Below, one piece after another: positions 50,447-62,867 of a stretch of DNA of 64,000 bases; the stretch's first letter is position 1, and every line of letters begins with the position of its first letter. The stretch lies in assembly GCF_030013595.1 (NCBI RefSeq), contig NZ_CP122768.1; one strand, written 5' to 3'. This stretch comes from Escherichia coli (GTDB taxonomy: Bacteria > Pseudomonadota > Gammaproteobacteria > Enterobacterales > Enterobacteriaceae). The position numbers and the translations under genes are program-made. The notes under the pieces are model-generated. The model had not been told where the DNA came from, made no database searches, and was given only the letters and a program-made list of their open reading frames with translations.

Positions 50447-51703
50447 ATGGGATCTGATGCGAAAAACTTGATGAGCGACGGGAACGTGCAAATTGTTAAG
50501 ACCGGCGAGGTCATTGGCGCGACGCAACTTACTGAAGGTGAGTTAATTGTTGAAGCTGGCGGAAGAGCCGAAAATACCGTGGTCACGGGGGCTGGCTGGT
50601 TGAAAGTGGCAACCGGTGGGATCGCCAAATGCACACAGTACGGCAACAATGGCACGCTATCGGTCAGCGACGGTGCCATTGCCACAGATATTGTTCAGTC
50701 CGAGGGAGGCGTAATTAGTCTCTCTACGCTCGCTACGGTTAATGGCCGCCATCCCGAAGGTGAATTCAGCGTTGATAAAGGTTATGCCTGCGGTTTGTTG
50801 CTGGAAAATGGCGGTAACCTGCGTGTACTGGAAGGCCATCGCGCGGAAAAAATTATTCTCGATCAAGAGGGTGGCCTGTTGGTCAATGGGACAACCTCAG
50901 CGGTCGTGGTAGATGAAGGTGGTGAATTGTTGGTGTATCCCGGTGGGGAAGCCAGCAATTGTGAGATTAATCAGGGCGGCGTTTTTATGCTGGCGGGGAA
51001 AGCCAGTGATACATTGCTTGCTGGTGGCACCATGAATAATCTCGGTGGTGAAGACTCTGACACTATTGTTGAGAATGGATCCACTTATCGTCTGGGGACG
51101 GATGGTCTTCAGCTCTACAGTTCCGGTAAGACGCAAAACCTGTCCGTTAATGTGGGTGGTCGGGCTGAAGTGCATGCCGGTACGCTGGAAAATGCGGTAA
51201 TACAAGGTGGGACAGTCATCCTGTTGTCACCCACCAGCGCGGACGAAAATTTTGTCGTAGAGGAAGATCGCGCACCGGTTGAACTGACCGGTAGTGTTGC
51301 ATTACTGGACGGCGCTTCAATGATTATTGGCTATGGCGCAGATCTGCAACAATCAACGATTACTGTACAGCAGGGCGGTGTATTGATTCTCGACGGCAGT
51401 ACGGTAAAAGGTGACAGTGTCACTTTCAATGTTGGTAACATCAATCTGAATGGCGGAAAACTGTGGCTAATCACTGGTGCGGCAACGCATGTGCAACTGA
51501 AAGTGAAACGCCTGCGTGGAGAGGGAGCCATTTGCCTGCAAACCAGTGCGAAAGAAATTTCACCTGACTTCATCAATGTGAAAGGGGAAGTTACCGGGGA
51601 TATACACGTTGAGATAACAGATGCCAGTCGGCAAACTCTGTGTAACGCACTGAAACTACAGCCAGACGAAGACGGGATTGGCGCAACGCTCCAGCCTGCG
51701 TAA
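50447..51703 (+). CDS. ydhQ: autotransporter-passenger-like repeat protein
   Basis: 418-aa Gly-rich ORF with repeated GG-containing beta-helix-like units; no obvious signal peptide or beta-barrel domain. Confidence 0.8.
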   Translation: MGSDAKNLMSDGNVQIVKTGEVIGATQLTEGELIVEAGGRAENTVVTGAGWLKVATGGIAKCTQYGNNGTLSVSDGAIATDIVQSEGGVISLSTLATVNGRHPEGEFSVDKGYACGLLLENGGNLRVLEGHRAEKIILDQEGGLLVNGTTSAVVVDEGGELLVYPGGEASNCEINQGGVFMLAGKASDTLLAGGTMNNLGGEDSDTIVENGSTYRLGTDGLQLYSSGKTQNLSVNVGGRAEVHAGTLENAVIQGGTVILLSPTSADENFVVEEDRAPVELTGSVALLDGASMIIGYGADLQQSTITVQQGGVLILDGSTVKGDSVTFNVGNINLNGGKLWLITGAATHVQLKVKRLRGEGAICLQTSAKEISPDFINVKGEVTGDIHVEITDASRQTLCNALKLQPDEDGIGATLQPA

Positions 51704-51710
51704 AAACACA

Positions 51711-51743
51711 GGCGCAACCCGTGAAGGTTGCGCCTTGTCTTTA

Positions 51744-51744
<1 letters not shown>
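51711..51744. terminator. bidirectional terminator between ydhQ and mdtK
   Basis: Stem ggcgcaacc-cgtgaa-ggttgcgcc flanked by A/T-rich runs. Confidence 0.6.
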
Positions 51745-53138
<1,394 letters not shown>

Positions 53139-53331
53139 TTATATGAGAGACTAAAAAGCCGCCTGAATGGGCAGCAAAAAGAAGAAGCAGGGGAAATTCA
53201 GTCTATTGTAGCGAGGATTTATTAATTCTCCAGTGAAAAAATAGTCATTCTTACCCCTTCACTGGTAAGGGCGTTTTCCACCTGCTATTGTGCTGAACAG
53301 AATGTCTTAACTGATTTCAGGAGTTGTAAGT

Positions 53332-53973
53332 ATGTTTACGGGGATTGTACAGGGCACCGCAAAACTGGTGTCGATTGACGAGAAACCAAATTTTCGCACA
53401 CATGTGGTGGAGTTACCCGACCACATGCTGGACGGTCTGGAAACCGGTGCTTCCGTGGCGCATAACGGTTGCTGCCTGACCGTGACGGAAATTAACGGCA
53501 ACCATGTCAGTTTTGACCTGATGAAAGAAACGTTACGCATTACCAATCTTGGCGATTTAAAAGTGGGGGATTGGGTAAACGTTGAGCGTGCGGCGAAATT
53601 CAGTGATGAAATTGGCGGACACTTAATGTCAGGTCATATTATGACCACCGCTGAAGTGGCGAAAATATTAACCTCGGAAAATAATCGCCAGATCTGGTTT
53701 AAAGTCCAGGATAGTCAGTTGATGAAATATATTCTGTACAAAGGATTTATTGGCATCGACGGTATTAGCCTGACCGTCGGCGAAGTCACGCCAACGCGTT
53801 TTTGCGTCCATTTAATTCCGGAAACACTGGAACGCACGACTCTTGGGAAGAAAAAACTTGGCGCACGCGTCAACATTGAAATCGATCCACAAACTCAGGC
53901 AGTGGTAGATACGGTAGAACGAGTGCTGGCGGCACGAGAAAATGCCATGAATCAACCAGGTACAGAAGCCTGA
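53332..53973 (+). CDS. ribC: riboflavin synthase
   Basis: 213-aa [19 protein letters not shown]... with internal duplication typical of riboflavin synthase. Confidence 0.95.
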   Translation: MFTGIVQGTAKLVSIDEKPNFRTHVVELPDHMLDGLETGASVAHNGCCLTVTEINGNHVSFDLMKETLRITNLGDLKVGDWVNVERAAKFSDEIGGHLMSGHIMTTAEVAKILTSENNRQIWFKVQDSQLMKYILYKGFIGIDGISLTVGEVTPTRFCVHLIPETLERTTLGKKKLGARVNIEIDPQTQAVVDTVERVLAARENAMNQPGTEA

Positions 53974-53980
53974 TCTGAAA

Positions 53981-54001
53981 TCGCCCCCGGAGAGGGGGCG
54001 A
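53981..54001. terminator. bidirectional terminator between ribC and cfa
   Basis: Stem tcgccccc-ggagag-ggggcga. Confidence 0.65.
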
Positions 54002-54012
54002 TAGAATAGCCT

Positions 54013-55161
54013 TTAGCGAGCCACTCGAAGGCCGTTTTCAACACCGCGTGAGAACACGACCTGCCAGAGCTGAATATCACGGGCGCGGAAAGCACCCGCA
54101 CAGGCATTCAGATAATAGGTAAACATCCGTTTAAAGCGTTCACTGTAGTTATCCGCAATTTCTGGCCATGCGGCGAGGAATCGTTCATACCACGCCATCA
54201 ACGTAGTATCGTAATCAGCACCGAAGTTATGCCAGTCTTCCATCACAAAGTGGGGTTCGCTGGACTGAGCAATCTGGCGTACAGAGGGCAGGCAACCGTT
54301 CGGAAAAATATATTTATTAATCCAGGGATCAACATTCAGATCGGTTTTTTTCGAACCGATAGTATGGAGCAGGAATATGCCTTCCGGTTTCAAATTACGA
54401 TCCACCACCGCAAAATAGGTATCGTAATTTTTCGGTCCGACGTGCTCGAACATCCCCACAGAAACAATACGATCAAACTGGTCGTTCAGGTCACGATAAT
54501 CTTGCAGCAAAATGGTGACATCCAGGCCTTCACAGCGTTCCTGAGCCATTTTTTGCTGTTCGGCAGAAATGGTGACGCCAACCACGCTTACGTCATAATT
54601 AGATGCCATGTAGTGCGCCAGTCCGCCCCAGCCGCAGCCAATATCCAGTACGCGCATCCCTGGTTTTAACTGCAATTTTTCACAAATCATTTTGAGCTTC
54701 GCCTGCTGGGCAGATTCCAGATTATCGGCATCTTTCCAGTAAGCGCAGGAATATTGCATGAAGGGATCAAGCATGCGGCTGAACAAGTCATTACCCAAAT
54801 CGTAATGCTCTTTGCCGACTATCCAGGCACGTTTTTTACTCTGCAGATTGAAGAGACGAGCGCCGGCAATACGCAGCGTGTCTTTGAAATGATGGGGGAG
54901 TTGGTTCTCGAGACCTGCGCGTAAGACTTTGCTAAAAAACATATCCAGTCGGTCACATTCCCACCAGCCATCCATATAACTTTCGCCTAACCCCAACGAT
55001 CCTTCCTGCAGAACGCGTTTAAAAAAATCGGGGTTTTTCACACGAATATCCGCCGGGGCAGAACCGTTAATGGCTATACCGGCACGGCTAAGTAATTCGT
55101 TGGCGATACGGTACCAGTTGTCATCCGGTACACTGACTTCTTCTATACACGATGAACTCAT
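54013..55161 (-). CDS. cfa: cyclopropane fatty acyl phospholipid synthase
   Basis: 382-aa ORF with SAM-binding motif VLDIGCGWGG. Confidence 0.95.
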   Translation of the reverse strand: MSSSCIEEVSVPDDNWYRIANELLSRAGIAINGSAPADIRVKNPDFFKRVLQEGSLGLGESYMDGWWECDRLDMFFSKVLRAGLENQLPHHFKDTLRIAGARLFNLQSKKRAWIVGKEHYDLGNDLFSRMLDPFMQYSCAYWKDADNLESAQQAKLKMICEKLQLKPGMRVLDIGCGWGGLAHYMASNYDVSVVGVTISAEQQKMAQERCEGLDVTILLQDYRDLNDQFDRIVSVGMFEHVGPKNYDTYFAVVDRNLKPEGIFLLHTIGSKKTDLNVDPWINKYIFPNGCLPSVRQIAQSSEPHFVMEDWHNFGADYDTTLMAWYERFLAAWPEIADNYSERFKRMFTYYLNACAGAFRARDIQLWQVVFSRGVENGLRVAR

Positions 55162-55451
55162 AGTTTCTCCATCACTGGTCGGTGATCAGAACCTTAAAAC
55201 AGCGTAGACGCTTTTTGGGCTTTGTGAGAAATCTCGCAGAAAAAACCGCGAGTCTATAATCCGACGTAGAACAGAGGGAAAGGAGGAACCCTTGCCGAAA
55301 TGACCATCCATAGTGAGTCGGGAACGATCCTGTCCCCGTAAAAACATAATATTTATCGTAGCTTTAACAACTCGAAATTAGTATAGGCCGCTAATTTCAA
55401 TCATACAACAAAATTTTGTTAGCAGCCTAAGTATAAGTATATCGATATAGA

Positions 55452-56663
55452 TCAGTGTGATTCGCTATGAGCGACTTCGGCATTGCCATGATTCTGGCAG
55501 TCTACTTCTTCACAACGTTGCATCATGTAACCCAGAGCGACCAGCACTACTGTTGATAACATCACGCTGGTGGTGGTGAGCAATGGCGTGCTGATACTGA
55601 TAAGCCAGGAAACTACCAGACTTGCGAGGAAGCACAGACCCAGTTGTAGAGTGTTCTGCAACGCTGCGGCGCGACCAGTTGCATGTGGGAAGGGACGCAG
55701 CGCTTGGGCGACAACAATCGGGTAGATTGCGCCGTTGGCAATCGCCATCACACAGAATGGGATCAGGATTTCGACTAGCGACACATGGCTAATGAAGCCC
55801 GCAGCCCAGGTCGCAATGACGCTGACAGCAAACAGTACCAGCAACCACGGTAATAACTGCTTGCCTTGCCATTTCTGCAGTGCGGCGCGACAGCCATAAC
55901 CACCAATCAGAAACGCGATAGTTTGCGGGACATAACTTAAACCAATAACTGCCGGGCTGTAGCCCATTTCACTAAGGATGAACGGTGAGCCGGTCAGCCA
56001 TGCAAAAAAACTGGCTGAACAGGCCGCATATATCAGCACGTTGCCGCGATAGGTTTTAGAACGTAGCAGGTCGGTAAAGGTCAGACCATCCTGACTATTG
56101 TTACGGGCCTTCGTCGTGGGTTTGAGCCAGAAAATAGGCAGAATCAGCACCACGGTAATGGCAAACAGGGTGGCGAAAATCGCCTGCCAGGAAAAATGGA
56201 CCAGCAGCCAGCTTCCTAACAGAGGAGCCAGTGCCGGAGATAGACCCACCAGCGGCATGATGGTCGCAAAAATACGGTTAACTTTCTGTGAAGGATAATA
56301 ATCCGTCACTAACGCTTGCCAGATAACCGCCGCGGCGCAGACACCCACAGCCTGTACAAAACGCAATACCAGCAGCGTAGCGGCGTTTTCTACCCACAGC
56401 ATCCCCAGACTACCTAACGCAAAAATTGTCAGGCCGATTAATAATACCGGTTTACGACCATAACGGTCGGAGAGCGGCCCCCACAGAAGCTGGGCTGCGG
56501 CAAAACCGGCAAGGAACAGACTAAGGCTGGCACTGACAGCAGACGCAGGCGTTTGCAGGTCGGCCTGTATGGCGGCGAAAGCAGGCAGATACATATCGGT
56601 TGCCAGAAAACCGAGTACGCTCAAACCCGCCAGCCAGACTAAAAATCTTTTCCCAGGTTGCAT
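55452..56663 (-). CDS. ydhC: MFS transporter (YdhC/PunC)
   Basis: 403-aa 12-TM ORF with MFS motif DRYGRKP. Confidence 0.85.
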   Translation of the reverse strand: MQPGKRFLVWLAGLSVLGFLATDMYLPAFAAIQADLQTPASAVSASLSLFLAGFAAAQLLWGPLSDRYGRKPVLLIGLTIFALGSLGMLWVENAATLLVLRFVQAVGVCAAAVIWQALVTDYYPSQKVNRIFATIMPLVGLSPALAPLLGSWLLVHFSWQAIFATLFAITVVLILPIFWLKPTTKARNNSQDGLTFTDLLRSKTYRGNVLIYAACSASFFAWLTGSPFILSEMGYSPAVIGLSYVPQTIAFLIGGYGCRAALQKWQGKQLLPWLLVLFAVSVIATWAAGFISHVSLVEILIPFCVMAIANGAIYPIVVAQALRPFPHATGRAAALQNTLQLGLCFLASLVVSWLISISTPLLTTTSVMLSTVVLVALGYMMQRCEEVDCQNHGNAEVAHSESH

Positions 56664-56775
56664 GTATATTCTCTAAATCTCTCAATTAAACACCGCCGCA
56701 AAGTGTAGGGAGTGAAATTAGTGTTGTGAAACGGTAATATTTGATGACTGGTTTCAAAAATTTTGCAGGCAGACT

Positions 56776-57708
56776 ATGTGGTCAGAATATTCACTCGAAG
56801 TTGTTGATGCGGTAGCGCGTAATGGTAGTTTTAGCGCTGCGGCACAGGAGTTGCATCGCGTTCCTTCTGCGGTCAGCTATACCGTGCGTCAGCTGGAAGA
56901 GTGGCTGGCGGTGCCGCTGTTTGAACGACGTCACCGTGATGTGGAACTGACCGCTGCCGGGGCGTGGTTTCTCAAAGAAGGGCGCTCTGTTGTCAAAAAA
57001 ATGCAGATCACCCGGCAGCAATGTCAGCAGATAGCGAATGGCTGGCGCGGTCAGTTAGCTATCGCAGTGGATAATATTGTCAGGCCAGAACGTACACGGC
57101 AGATGATCGTTGATTTTTATCGCCATTTTGATGATGTCGAACTTCTTGTCTTTCAGGAAGTGTTCAACGGTGTCTGGGATGCGCTTTCCGACGGGCGCGT
57201 GGAACTGGCGATTGGCGCAACACGCGCGATTCCGGTAGGCGGTCGTTATGCCTTCCGGGATATGGGGATGCTAAGCTGGAGTTGCGTTGTTGCCAGTCAC
57301 CACCCGCTGGCGTTGATGGATGGCCCGTTCAGCGATGATACGTTGCGCAACTGGCCGTCGTTGGTGCGCGAAGACACCTCGCGAACGCTACCTAAACGTA
57401 TTACCTGGTTGCTGGATAACCAAAAAAGACTTGTCGTGCCTGACTGGGAATCATCGGCAACCTGTATCTCGGCAGGATTATGCATAGGGATGGTGCCAAC
57501 ACATTTCGCCAAACCGTGGCTTAATGAGGGTAAGTGGGTAGCACTAGAACTGGAAAACCCCTTCCCGGATTCGGCATGTTGTCTGACATGGCAGCAAAAT
57601 GATATGTCGCCTGCGTTAACCTGGTTGCTTGAGTATCTCGGCGATAGTGAGACGCTGAATAAGGAGTGGCTGCGGGAGCCGGAAGAGACTCCCGCAACGG
57701 GTGATTAA
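56776..57708 (+). CDS. ydhB: LysR-family transcriptional regulator (YdhB/PunR)
   Basis: 310-aa ORF with N-terminal LysR HTH; divergent from ydhC. Confidence 0.85.
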
Positions 57709-58730
57709 CGACGATAGTCGCGGAACGGGCCGTCAGCCACGGAGCGGCGTTCAATCAACCGCGGATGCACTTCAATGGATTGCGGTTCTTCGCGTTTATT
57801 GACGATACGATCCAACAGCATGTTGAACGCCGTTTCGCCCAACGAATCTTTTGGCTGATGGATCGTGGTCAGCGCCGGCGTAAAATAGCGGGCGTTGCGC
57901 ACGTTATCATAACCGATCAGCGAAACATCCTGCGGCACGCGCAGACCCATTTCATCAGCAGCACAAAGTGCGCCCATTGCCATGATATCGCCACCACAGA
58001 AGACGGCAGTAGGGCGATGCGGTTGCGACAGTATTTGCTGCATGGCGCGATAACCGGATTCAGGTTCAAAATCACCCTGTACAATCCAGCTTTCCGGCAC
58101 CTTGATCATCGCTTCTTCCATCGCCTTCATAAAACCGGCAAGGCGGCCTGCGCCAGTGTTACGTTCCAGCGGGCCGGGGATAACGCCGATTTCGCGGTGA
58201 CCGCGTTCAATCAGATAACGCCCGGCCATGTAGCCGCCTTCGAACGCGTTATCAATGACCGCATCGGTGAAGTCAGCTTTTGCTTCACCCCAGTCCATCA
58301 CTACCATTGGGATATGGCGATACTCTTCCAGCATCGCCAGCAACGGCTCTGGGTACTCAGAACACATCACCAGCAGACCATCGACGCGTTTTTGCGCCAT
58401 CATCGACAGATAAGCCCGCTGTTTCTCAAGATTGTTCCACGCATTGCCCAGAATCAGGGTGTAACCTTTCTGGAAGCAATTTTTTTCAACCGCTTCAATG
58501 ATCTCGGCAAAATAGGCCGCTTCGCTGCTGGTCGCCAGCAAACCGATAGACTTGGTGTGGTTAACCTTCAGACTACGCGCCACCGCGCTAGGGGAGTAGT
58601 GTAATTCTTTGATCGCTGCCCACACGGCGTTGCGCGTTTCTTCAGCGACGAAACGTGTTTTGTTGATCACGTGTGACACGGTTGTAGTGGAAACGTTTGC
58701 TCGTTTCGCTACATCTTTTATTGTTGCCAT
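57705..58730 (-). CDS. purR: purine repressor (LacI family)
   Basis: 341-aa [27 protein letters not shown]... Confidence 0.95.
58687..58704 (-). promoter_or_regulatory. PurR-box-like operator within the purR 5' coding region
   Basis: ggAAACGTTTGCtcg matches the PurR half-palindrome AAACGTTTGC. Confidence 0.5.
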
Positions 58731-58774
58731 TCCATTTCACTCCAGACCCTAACTTCAGCTCCTGCAAAATCGCA

Positions 58775-58792
58775 AGGTAAACGTTTGCCTTT
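58775..58792 (-). promoter_or_regulatory. PurR-box-like operator in the purR leader
   Basis: aaggtAAACGTTTGCctt, palindromic match to PurR consensus. Confidence 0.55.
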
Positions 58793-59028
58793 ACACACCT
58801 TACGCACAACAAAAGTGTTGCGGTACGCCGGAAAAACGACACGGAGCGTCAGGAAGGGGTCAATGGCCAGTACGCAAATAGTGTAAGCGTGGAATTTTGG
58901 CCGATCTTGACGAAAAGGGGAAGTGGTAAAAACACTTATCATTATAAATGACGGGAGATTTTTTCATCACAGTGTGTAAAAATGCGTAATATCACTTTTT
59001 GTGTGGTAATAAAAAAGGAGAAAACTTG

Positions 59029-59118
59029 ATGAGCACCGACCTTAAATTTTCACTGGTAACAACGATTATCGTCCTCGGTTTGATCGTGGCCGTGGGTTTG
59101 ACTGCCGCGCTGCACTGA
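59029..59118 (+). CDS. ynhF: small hydrophobic membrane protein (29 aa)
   Basis: ATG preceded by aggag 8 nt upstream; encodes MSTDLKFSLVTTIIVLGLIVAVGLTAALH, a single TM helix; below the ORF-track length cutoff. Confidence 0.65.
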   Translation: MSTDLKFSLVTTIIVLGLIVAVGLTAALH

Positions 59119-59283
59119 TTTCCTCTCGAGGGAGCGCGTTCTCCCTCGCATCTCCTTCCTGTTTGTTAGCAAAATGGCAAAAGTGTTTTCTCTTTTTGTT
59201 ATTTTCATTTTTTTGTGATTGCTGTCATGCTTTCGCCACTTTAATGAATATCGCGTAATGACGCAAAGAGGTGGAGATAAGGC

Positions 59284-60453
59284 ATGAAAATTAACTATCC
59301 GTTGCTGGCGCTGGCGATTGGTGCGTTTGGTATTGGGACAACGGAGTTCTCGCCAATGGGCTTATTGCCCGTCATTGCGCGCGGTGTGGATGTCTCGATT
59401 CCCGCTGCCGGAATGTTAATCAGTGCCTATGCAGTTGGCGTAATGGTTGGCGCGCCGCTGATGACGCTTCTACTTTCTCATCGTGCTCGCCGCAGTGCGT
59501 TGATTTTCCTAATGGCGATTTTCACGCTCGGCAACGTACTTTCCGCCATCGCGCCGGATTATATGACCCTGATGCTTTCTCGCATTTTGACCAGCCTGAA
59601 TCACGGAGCATTTTTTGGTTTGGGTTCAGTCGTGGCCGCAAGCGTGGTGCCAAAACATAAACAGGCCAGCGCAGTTGCCACTATGTTTATGGGGTTAACC
59701 CTGGCAAATATCGGTGGCGTGCCGGCGGCGACCTGGTTGGGTGAAACCATCGGCTGGCGGATGTCATTTCTGGCAACGGCGGTGCTGGGAGTGATTTCAA
59801 TGGTAAGTCTGTTCTTCTCATTACCTAAAGGTGGTGCAGGGGCACGACCTGAAGTGAAAAAAGAGCTGGCGGTATTAATGCGTCCGCAGGTGCTGTCTGC
59901 ATTGCTGACGACGGTACTGGGAGCTGGTGCAATGTTTACCCTCTACACCTATATCTCTCCGGTACTGCAAAGTATTACCCACGCAACGCAGGTGTTCGTC
60001 ACAGCAATGCTGGTGCTGATTGGTGTCGGATTCTCTATCGGTAACTATCTCGGCGGCAAACTGGCAGATCGTTCAGTTAACGGCACGTTGAAAGGCTTTT
60101 TGTTGCTGCTGATGGTGATTATGCTGGCAATCCCGTTCCTGGCCCGCAATGAGTTCGGCGCAGCTATTAGCATGGTGGTGTGGGGCGCTGCAACCTTTGC
60201 GGTCGTACCGCCGTTACAGATGCGCGTGATGCGTGTCGCCAGTGAAGCGCCAGGTCTGTCTTCATCAGTCAATATTGGTGCCTTTAATCTTGGAAATGCG
60301 CTGGGAGCAGCTGCTGGTGGTGCGGTAATTTCCGCTGGGCTGGGATACAGCTTTGTGCCGGTGATGGGGGCGATTGTCGCGGGACTGGCATTATTGCTGG
60401 TGTTTATGTCAGCCAGAAAACAACCTGAGGCAGTTTGCGTTGCCAACAGCTAA
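59284..60453 (+). CDS. ydhP: MFS transporter
   Basis: 389-aa 12-TM ORF. Confidence 0.85.
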   Translation: MKINYPLLALAIGAFGIGTTEFSPMGLLPVIARGVDVSIPAAGMLISAYAVGVMVGAPLMTLLLSHRARRSALIFLMAIFTLGNVLSAIAPDYMTLMLSRILTSLNHGAFFGLGSVVAASVVPKHKQASAVATMFMGLTLANIGGVPAATWLGETIGWRMSFLATAVLGVISMVSLFFSLPKGGAGARPEVKKELAVLMRPQVLSALLTTVLGAGAMFTLYTYISPVLQSITHATQVFVTAMLVLIGVGFSIGNYLGGKLADRSVNGTLKGFLLLLMVIMLAIPFLARNEFGAAISMVVWGAATFAVVPPLQMRVMRVASEAPGLSSSVNIGAFNLGNALGAAAGGAVISAGLGYSFVPVMGAIVAGLALLLVFMSARKQPEAVCVANS

Positions 60454-60509
60454 TTACACAAAAACGCAGAAGGATAACCTTCTGCGTTACAGTTGCTGGC
60501 AACGTGCGA

Positions 60510-60547
60510 TTTATCTTGCCGGATGCGGTGTTAACGCTTCATCCGAG
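60510..60547. repeat. REP-like imperfect palindrome between ydhP and sodB
   Basis: tgccggatgcggtgttaacgcttcatccgagttggca resembles REP (GCCGGATGCGGCG...) consensus. Confidence 0.4.
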
Positions 60548-60598
60548 TTGGCATGGTAAGCGAAGTGCATCAGGCAATGTTGCATTTGCCATCAGTTA

Positions 60599-61180
60599 TT
60601 ATGCAGCGAGATTTTTCGCTACGAATTCCCAGTTCACCAGCGCCCAGAAGTGCTCCAGATAGCCAGGACGTGCATTGCGATAGTCGATGTAATAAGCGTG
60701 TTCCCAGACATCAACGGTCAGCAGCGGAGTCGCATCGGTGGTCAGCGGAGTACCCGCGTTAGAGGTTGAAACGATAGCCAGTTTGCTATCGCTGTTTTTC
60801 ACCAGCCAGGTCCAGCCAGAACCAAAGTTTTTGATTGCTGCATCAGTAAACTGTGCTTTGAAATCGGCAAAGCTGCCAAAAGATGCGGCGATAGCTTCAG
60901 CGACTTTTCCAGTCGGTTCGCCACCCGCGTTCGGTGCCAGGCAGTTCCAGTAGAAAGTATGGTTCCAGACCTGAGCTGCGTTGTTGAATACACCACCTTC
61001 AGAGCTGCGAATAATCTCTTCCAGTGATTTACCTTCAAACGCGGTACCTTTAATCAGGTTGTTCAGGTTAGTCACATAAGTCTGATGATGCTTGCCGTAG
61101 TGATACTCGATGGTTTCCGCAGAAATGTGCGGTGCCAGAGCATCTTTAGCATATGGTAGTGCAGGTAATTCGAATGACAT
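60599..61180 (-). CDS. sodB: iron superoxide dismutase
   Basis: 193-aa [39 protein letters not shown]... Confidence 0.98.
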   Translation of the reverse strand: MSFELPALPYAKDALAPHISAETIEYHYGKHHQTYVTNLNNLIKGTAFEGKSLEEIIRSSEGGVFNNAAQVWNHTFYWNCLAPNAGGEPTGKVAEAIAASFGSFADFKAQFTDAAIKNFGSGWTWLVKNSDSKLAIVSTSNAGTPLTTDATPLLTVDVWEHAYYIDYRNARPGYLEHFWALVNWEFVAKNLAA

Positions 61181-61307
61181 TGCTACTCTCCTTTATTATT
61201 AATTTGCATACGTACAATAGCCTTATTGTGCGTATGGATAGGGTAGCAAATTAAAAGGTGAGACAAAAGATGAACTTACCCTGTTGCCGTAACAACAGGG
61301 TAAAGTT

Positions 61308-62135
61308 TTAGCGAAGTGTTTTTGGGGTCATTACCCGGCGAGCGCCAACATAGTGGCGCTGCCAGTAGTCTTCACTGAGAGAAGTGATTTGAATTTCCTG
61401 ACCCGTACGCGGTGACTGAATAAATTTGCCGTTGCCGACATATACGCCGACATGATCGGCTGTACCGCGTCCCTGAGTACGGAAAAAGACCAGGTCGCCG
61501 TTTTTCAGTTCACTACGTTCGATTGGCGCTGCATCTCGCAGGTGATACATTTCATTCGCCGTACGCGGAATACGAATTTTCACCAAATCTTTATAAGCGT
61601 AATAAACCAGGCCGCTGCAATCAAAACCGGTACGCGGTGAGCTGCCGCCCCAACGATATGGCTTACCAATTTGCTGCATCAGTTTATTCATTGCCACTTT
61701 CGTGGCTTTTTGCACCTTCGCTTTGTGCGCGTCGGCAAGGGTTCCTGACGCGGCATTTTTGACTTTCACACAATGCGATTTATAGCCCTTACGTTTGGTA
61801 CACTTTTCGGTAAAGTTGGCTGAGGCCGTTTTATTGACGGCGTGTTTGCTGCGAGTTTTGGCGTTTTTAGAAGCGGTAATGGAAGATTTTTTAACGGAAG
61901 AAGCGGTTTTGCTTTTGGTCGTACTTTTACTGGCGGCTTTTTTCGCTGTTTTCTGGCTGGCTTTCTGGGTCTTTTTGGTGGTTGCCGTGCTTTTCTTTTT
62001 ATCTGCTTTTTTGGTGATATGAGTGGTAGCAGAACTCTCCCTGGTTTGCTTTGAAGCATGGGCCATAGGCGTTAAAGGCAGGGTGGTAAAAAGTAAAGCA
62101 CAGAGCGTGATCGAAATACGGTTTATCCGCGCCAC
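61308..62135 (-). CDS. mepH: NlpC/P60-family murein DD-endopeptidase (YdhO)
   Basis: 275-aa ORF with signal peptide, Lys/Thr/Ser-rich linker and NlpC/P60 domain (FDCSGLVYYAY); start may be a few codons later. Confidence 0.85.
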   Translation of the reverse strand: MARINRISITLCALLFTTLPLTPMAHASKQTRESSATTHITKKADKKKSTATTKKTQKASQKTAKKAASKSTTKSKTASSVKKSSITASKNAKTRSKHAVNKTASANFTEKCTKRKGYKSHCVKVKNAASGTLADAHKAKVQKATKVAMNKLMQQIGKPYRWGGSSPRTGFDCSGLVYYAYKDLVKIRIPRTANEMYHLRDAAPIERSELKNGDLVFFRTQGRGTADHVGVYVGNGKFIQSPRTGQEIQITSLSEDYWQRHYVGARRVMTPKTLR

Positions 62136-62469
62136 TGAGCGTCCCTCTGTTAAGGCAGGTCTATCATGCCTGCGTCTGATTTACAAAACTTGATGATTCT
62201 AATGCATAGAAGAAGAGAAAGTTAATAGCTTTTATTGTTAAAAAATACGTTTCGTCGGCGAGCGCAAAAAAATGCAGCAGTGAAAGCTAAAAATGGTCAT
62301 AAATACGCCAGTTTGCCTTGCGTCAGGGAAGAAACGAATATTTGAAATGCAACAATTAGAGCAAAGGGATAAAATAGCAAAAGCGTGATGAAAATGTTAT
62401 TTCCCGATGCCGCACTGACCCGCTACAATGTCAGATTACTGCCGTAAAGAAGTTTGAGGAAGCAAGACA

Positions 62470-62817
62470 ATGAGCACCACTATCGAAAAAATCCAACGCC
62501 AGATTGCTGAAAACCCGATCCTGCTGTACATGAAAGGTTCACCGAAACTGCCGAGCTGCGGTTTCTCTGCCCAGGCAGTCCAGGCGCTTGCCGCATGTGG
62601 CGAACGTTTTGCCTATGTTGATATTCTGCAGAATCCGGACATTCGTGCGGAACTGCCGAAATATGCTAACTGGCCGACCTTCCCGCAACTGTGGGTTGAC
62701 GGCGAGCTGGTCGGCGGTTGTGATATCGTGATCGAAATGTATCAGCGTGGAGAACTGCAGCAGCTGATCAAAGAAACTGCCGCTAAATACAAGTCTGAAG
62801 AGCCGGACGCGGAATAA
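62470..62817 (+). CDS. grxD: monothiol glutaredoxin 4
   Basis: 115-aa ORF with CGFS active site. Confidence 0.95.
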   Translation: MSTTIEKIQRQIAENPILLYMKGSPKLPSCGFSAQAVQALAACGERFAYVDILQNPDIRAELPKYANWPTFPQLWVDGELVGGCDIVIEMYQRGELQQLIKETAAKYKSEEPDAE

Positions 62818-62865
62818 TCCGTCCTGCAGTACTGACGGATGCGAACGGGCATCCGTCAGTTCTTT
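62817..62865. terminator. bidirectional hairpin region between grxD and lhr
   Basis: Alternative stems atccgtc...gacggat and gacggatgc...gcatccgtc between convergent stops. Confidence 0.55.
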
Positions 62866-62867
62866 AT

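Noticed and set aside
57765-58604. 279-aa plus-strand ORF antisense to purR
   Set aside because: Contained within purR; His/Arg-rich translation without domain features.
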